IMG/VR virus record: IMGVR_UViG_3300020044_002186
Coordinates: 1 to 29,979 of that record
Length of the DNA stretch: 29,979 bases
Strand: one strand, 5' to 3'
Origin: a virus
Lineage: Duplodnaviria > Caudoviricetes
Shown here: one piece after another, positions 26,486-29,979 of the stretch
Numbering within the stretch: position 1 is the first letter of the stretch
How the letters are laid out: every line of letters starts with the position of its first letter
Position numbers and translations under genes: made by a program
Notes under the pieces: generated by a model
The model's database searches: none
The model's input: only the letters and a program-made list of their open reading frames with translations
Told to the model about the DNA's origin: nothing

Positions 26486-27211
26486 ATGAAAACTACAAAA
26501 TCAGAAATATTTAATATTGATTGTTTAGAAGGGATGAAACAATTCCCGAATAATTATTTTGATCTAGCAATTGTTGATCCTCCATATGGGATAAATGAAA
26601 GCAGTAAAAATAGAAATGGCATAACTAAAGTAAAAGATAAAAGAAATGGACGAGTTAGTTTTGTTAAAACAAATAATGAGATAAAGGATTGGGATGAATT
26701 TCCGCCAAATAAAGATTATTTTATTGAATTAAAACGAGTTTCAAAAAATCAAATAATTTTTGGGGCTAATCATTTTATTGAAAATATACCAAATGCCAAT
26801 AGTAGCAGTTGGTTTGTTTGGGATAAATGCAACGGTGATTCTGATTTTGCTGATTGCGAATTGGCATATACTAGCTTTAAATCAGCCGTAAGACAATTCA
26901 GGTATATGTGGAGTGGGATGTATCAGGGAAAACAATCTTTTAAAGATGGACACATATTTGAAGGGAATTTAAGTTTACACGAAAAAAGAATCCATAAAAC
27001 ACATAAACCCATTATTATTTATAAATGGTTATTAACAAATTATGCAAAAGAAGGGAATAAAATTTTAGACACACATTTAGGATCAGGGAGTTCAAGAATT
27101 GCAGCATATGATTTGGGATTTGATTTTACAGGATTTGAATTAGATGAGGATTATTTTATTGCATCAGATAAAAGATTTAAACAACACATAAGTCAATTGA
27201 CAATATTTTAA
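26486..27211 (+). CDS. DNA N6-adenine/N4-cytosine methyltransferase (beta class)
   Basis: Catalytic VDPPY near the N-terminus, H.T.KP, SAM-binding LDTHLGSGSS near the C-terminus. Confidence 0.92.
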   Translation: MKTTKSEIFNIDCLEGMKQFPNNYFDLAIVDPPYGINESSKNRNGITKVKDKRNGRVSFVKTNNEIKDWDEFPPNKDYFIELKRVSKNQIIFGANHFIENIPNANSSSWFVWDKCNGDSDFADCELAYTSFKSAVRQFRYMWSGMYQGKQSFKDGHIFEGNLSLHEKRIHKTHKPIIIYKWLLTNYAKEGNKILDTHLGSGSSRIAAYDLGFDFTGFELDEDYFIASDKRFKQHISQLTIF

Positions 27212-27214
27212 CCT

Positions 27215-27601
27215 ATGAAAACTACAAAAGACAAAATACGTTTATTAACATTCTTTGCATTGTGCCAAAATATGTTGGATTTCATTGATGGATCGTGGCA
27301 CGGTCATCCGGCAAACAAACAGGCAGTTAAGATGGTGACAAAGCAAATGATCAGGGAGTTGGAAAAAACAATGGCCATTTTATTCCCGGCAAACAGAAAC
27401 GATGATCCAGAATTGCCCGATGCATTGGATACATTCCAAAATGCCTGCACAGCAATGGAGTCATTTTTTATGCTTGGAATGGAAATGGATGTGATGGATC
27501 AAACAAAGAAAGATTCATTGAATACACAGATTAATATTTTGCTAAAATCATACGGAATTGATTGTTGGGAAAAGCCAATGTCAAACCTATGGAAAAATTA
27601 A
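27215..27601 (+). CDS. Hypothetical protein
   Basis: 128 aa, leader AACCT-ATG. Confidence 0.72.
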   Translation: MKTTKDKIRLLTFFALCQNMLDFIDGSWHGHPANKQAVKMVTKQMIRELEKTMAILFPANRNDDPELPDALDTFQNACTAMESFFMLGMEMDVMDQTKKDSLNTQINILLKSYGIDCWEKPMSNLWKN

Positions 27602-27673
27602 ATAAATTTACATCGCAGTTGGGTGATGAATAACTGCCGGATCAAAAGCACATATTTACCTAATCAATACAGA

Positions 27674-27892
27674 ATGACAAATGACAGCCGTGAAATGGTG
27701 GATCATCCGCAACATTATCAATCTAATGGAGGCATTGAGGCAATTGATGTGATCGAAGGATTCAACCTGAATTTTAATTTGGGGAACGCAATCAAATATA
27801 TTTTGAGAGCCGACAAAAAAGGCAACAAGAAACAGGATTTAGAAAAATCCCTGTGGTATATCAAACGAGAATTAGACAAATTTCAGGGATGA
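27674..27892 (+). CDS. DUF3310-family protein
   Basis: VDHPQHY...IEAIDVI...FNLGNAIKYILRA.KK....DLEK..WY. Confidence 0.85.
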   Translation: MTNDSREMVDHPQHYQSNGGIEAIDVIEGFNLNFNLGNAIKYILRADKKGNKKQDLEKSLWYIKRELDKFQG

Positions 27893-28401
27893 TTGAAGAA
27901 ATAAACATCAAATTGGTAATTCCACATCCAAACAATCCCAGATTGATTAAGGATGACAAATTTAAAAAATTGGTAAAGTCCATTAAGGAGTTCCCAGAAA
28001 TGCTACAATTGCGCCCAATCATCGTGGATGATAATTGTGTGGTGTTGGGTGGGAATATGAGATTGCGTGCCTGTATTGAAGCCGGATTGAAGCGTGTGCC
28101 AATTATTAAAGCATCAGCATTGACAACAGAACAACAGAAACGATTTATTATTACCGACAATGTGGGATATGGTGAGTGGGATTGGGATTTGTTGGCTAAT
28201 GATTGGGAAATGGCTGATTTAGAGGATTGGGGATTGGATTTGCCGATTTATAAGGAATTAGGTGAGGATTTGCCGGTGGATAATGAGAATGAGCCAAAAG
28301 ACAAATTTGTGATTGAGGTGTCATTTGAATCTGAGGAACAAAGGCAAATGGCATACAAACATTTCATTGAAAATGGACTAAATTGCTTTTGCAAAAAATA
28401 A
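27889..28401 (+). CDS. ParB/Srx-like N-terminal domain protein
   Basis: PNNPR.I....FKKLVKSI, RPIIVD...VLGGNMRLRA, DN...GEWD; ATG 27889 couples to the DUF3310 stop. Confidence 0.85.
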   Translation: MIEEINIKLVIPHPNNPRLIKDDKFKKLVKSIKEFPEMLQLRPIIVDDNCVVLGGNMRLRACIEAGLKRVPIIKASALTTEQQKRFIITDNVGYGEWDWDLLANDWEMADLEDWGLDLPIYKELGEDLPVDNENEPKDKFVIEVSFESEEQRQMAYKHFIENGLNCFCKK

Positions 28402-28404
28402 ATT

Positions 28405-28770
28405 ATGGCAGTTCCTAAAAGTGTAACGAAACTAAACAAAAAACGGATGTTAGAGGCCCTTGAAAAGTCATTGGGGATTGTCACATCCGCTGCAAAGATT
28501 GCAGGCATACATAGGGCGCAGCATTATGAATGGATTAACATTGATCCAGAATACAAAAAGGCAGTTGATGATTTGGCCGATATGACATTGGATTTTGCTG
28601 AATCGCAGTTGCATAAGCAAATCAAAGATGGCAACACAACAGCCACCATTTTTTATTTAAAGACCAAAGGCAAAAAGCGTGGATACATTGAACGCACGGA
28701 GGTTGTACACGAAACCGGCATAGAATCTGCCATAATAGAATGGACACCGGCACAAATCGAAAACGAATAG
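28405..28770 (+). CDS. terS: Terminase small subunit
   Basis: N-terminal HTH (LGIVTSAAKIAGIHRAQHYEW), TATIFYLKTKGKKRGY; directly upstream of TerL. Confidence 0.8.
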   Translation: MAVPKSVTKLNKKRMLEALEKSLGIVTSAAKIAGIHRAQHYEWINIDPEYKKAVDDLADMTLDFAESQLHKQIKDGNTTATIFYLKTKGKKRGYIERTEVVHETGIESAIIEWTPAQIENE

Positions 28771-29924
28771 CGCAGAAATGCAACATTCAGTTTTATCAGA
28801 CATTAAACAGCACCAAAAGAATCAAAGTTCATCAGGGCGGTACACGTTCGGGAAAAACTTATGCCCTGTGCCAATATCTAATCTACAAATTGACATCATC
28901 CAAAAAACCATTGGTGATTTCGATTGTGCGTAAAACATTGCCGGCATTGAAAGGATCGGTGATGCGTGATTTCCTTGAAATATTGGATACATTGGGCATT
29001 CTTTATGTGGGCCAACATAACAAATCCGAAAACACATACACATTTGGCAATCACGTTGTGGAATTTCTTTCAGTTGATGAGCCACAGAAAATCAGGGGTA
29101 GAAAACGAAATATTTGCTATTGCAATGAGGTCAATGAATTAGATCACGAAGATTTCAGGCAGTTATTAATGCGTACAACGGATGAAATGATTTGCGATTT
29201 TAATCCATCTGATCCGGTGCATTGGATTTATGATGAAGTAATCACACGTGATGATTGTGATACGTGGATCACAACGTATTTGGATAATAAGTTTTTACCG
29301 GCTGAATTAGTACACGAAATCGAAAGATTAAAAGCGAAAGATCCAGATTATTGGAGGGTGTACGGTGAGGGAAAACGTGCGGTGTTTAGTGATCGCCAGA
29401 TATTTCCTAATTGGCAATTCATTCCAAAGGTTGATTTTCCTGAATTTGATGATGTGTTTTATGGCCTTGATTTTGGATTTAGTCACGATCCAACGGCCAT
29501 TGTACAATTGGCAAAGGTTGGTGATAAATTGTACATACACGAAATTATGTACAAAAAGGGAATGACAAACCGGGATATTGCCGATTTCCTAAAAGAAAAA
29601 AAACTAAATGAACACATAATTTATTGCGAATCAGCAGAACCAAAATCAATTGAGGAATTGCGACAAATGGATATTTTGGCAGTTCCTGCAATTAAAGGTG
29701 AGGGATCAATAAAGGCCGGAATTAGTTTATTAAAGGAACACGAGGTGATTTGTTCATCTGAATCACAGAATTTGCATAATGAATTTCAGTTTTATTTCTG
29801 GGAGCAATTGAAAGATGGAACAATTATAAATAAGCCAATAGACAAACACAATCACCTAATGGATGCAATCCGGTATGGGGTTTATACCAAATACAAAAAT
29901 CGTTCTGATTTTTTTGTGGTTTAA
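28740..29924 (+). CDS. terL: Terminase large subunit (PBSX / Terminase_3 type)
   Basis: Walker A GGTRSGKT, Walker B region CYCNE, DFNP, nuclease GLDFGF..DP, NHLMDAIRY. Confidence 0.95.
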   Translation: MDTGTNRKRIAQKCNIQFYQTLNSTKRIKVHQGGTRSGKTYALCQYLIYKLTSSKKPLVISIVRKTLPALKGSVMRDFLEILDTLGILYVGQHNKSENTYTFGNHVVEFLSVDEPQKIRGRKRNICYCNEVNELDHEDFRQLLMRTTDEMICDFNPSDPVHWIYDEVITRDDCDTWITTYLDNKFLPAELVHEIERLKAKDPDYWRVYGEGKRAVFSDRQIFPNWQFIPKVDFPEFDDVFYGLDFGFSHDPTAIVQLAKVGDKLYIHEIMYKKGMTNRDIADFLKEKKLNEHIIYCESAEPKSIEELRQMDILAVPAIKGEGSIKAGISLLKEHEVICSSESQNLHNEFQFYFWEQLKDGTIINKPIDKHNHLMDAIRYGVYTKYKNRSDFFVV

Positions 29925-29979
29925 TTATGTATTTTTGAGAAAAAAAAGCAATACAAATGGCATCAATCATTGATACATT
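29859..29979. repeat. Terminal direct repeat, copy 2
   Basis: Identical to 1-121. Confidence 0.97.

Noticed and set aside
27889-28401. ParB-like gene as evidence of a plasmid-prophage partition system
   Set aside because: No ParA or parS array seen; ParB-N genes next to terminase are common in phages
99-29924. Stop-codon reassignment
   Set aside because: All core genes are full length in the standard code and coding density is high

Overview
The window looks like one complete, circularly assembled tailed-phage genome of 29,858 bp (bases 1-121 reappear exactly at 29859-29979). Every credible gene is on the + strand. Gene order: HK97-type portal, gp7/F-like head protein, prohead protease, major capsid, head-tail connectors, an embedded lysis cassette (putative holin, M15 endolysin, u-spanin-like lipoprotein), a 1257-aa tail fibre, two tail-tube paralogues, a tail chaperone with a -1 frameshift, tape measure, a tail-tip protein, a metallophosphoesterase, early genes (ERF recombinase, SSB-like protein, replication initiator with internal iterons, Mom-like enzyme, VRR-NUC, N6/N4 methyltransferase, ParB-like protein) and the terminase. 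Repeated TAnnTTTG promoter boxes and A-rich leaders with no Shine-Dalgarno point to a Bacteroidota host. I found no integrase, repressor, polymerase, tRNA or CRISPR array. The most interesting signals are non-coding: (i) two candidate small RNAs flanking the metallophosphoesterase, each with its own promoter box and terminator, complementary to the start codon and leader of several of the phage's own genes; (ii) a kissing-loop leader or attenuator in front of the replication initiator; (iii) an operator-like palindrome shared by the capsid and metallophosphoesterase promoters. All calls are by eye; no database searches were run.
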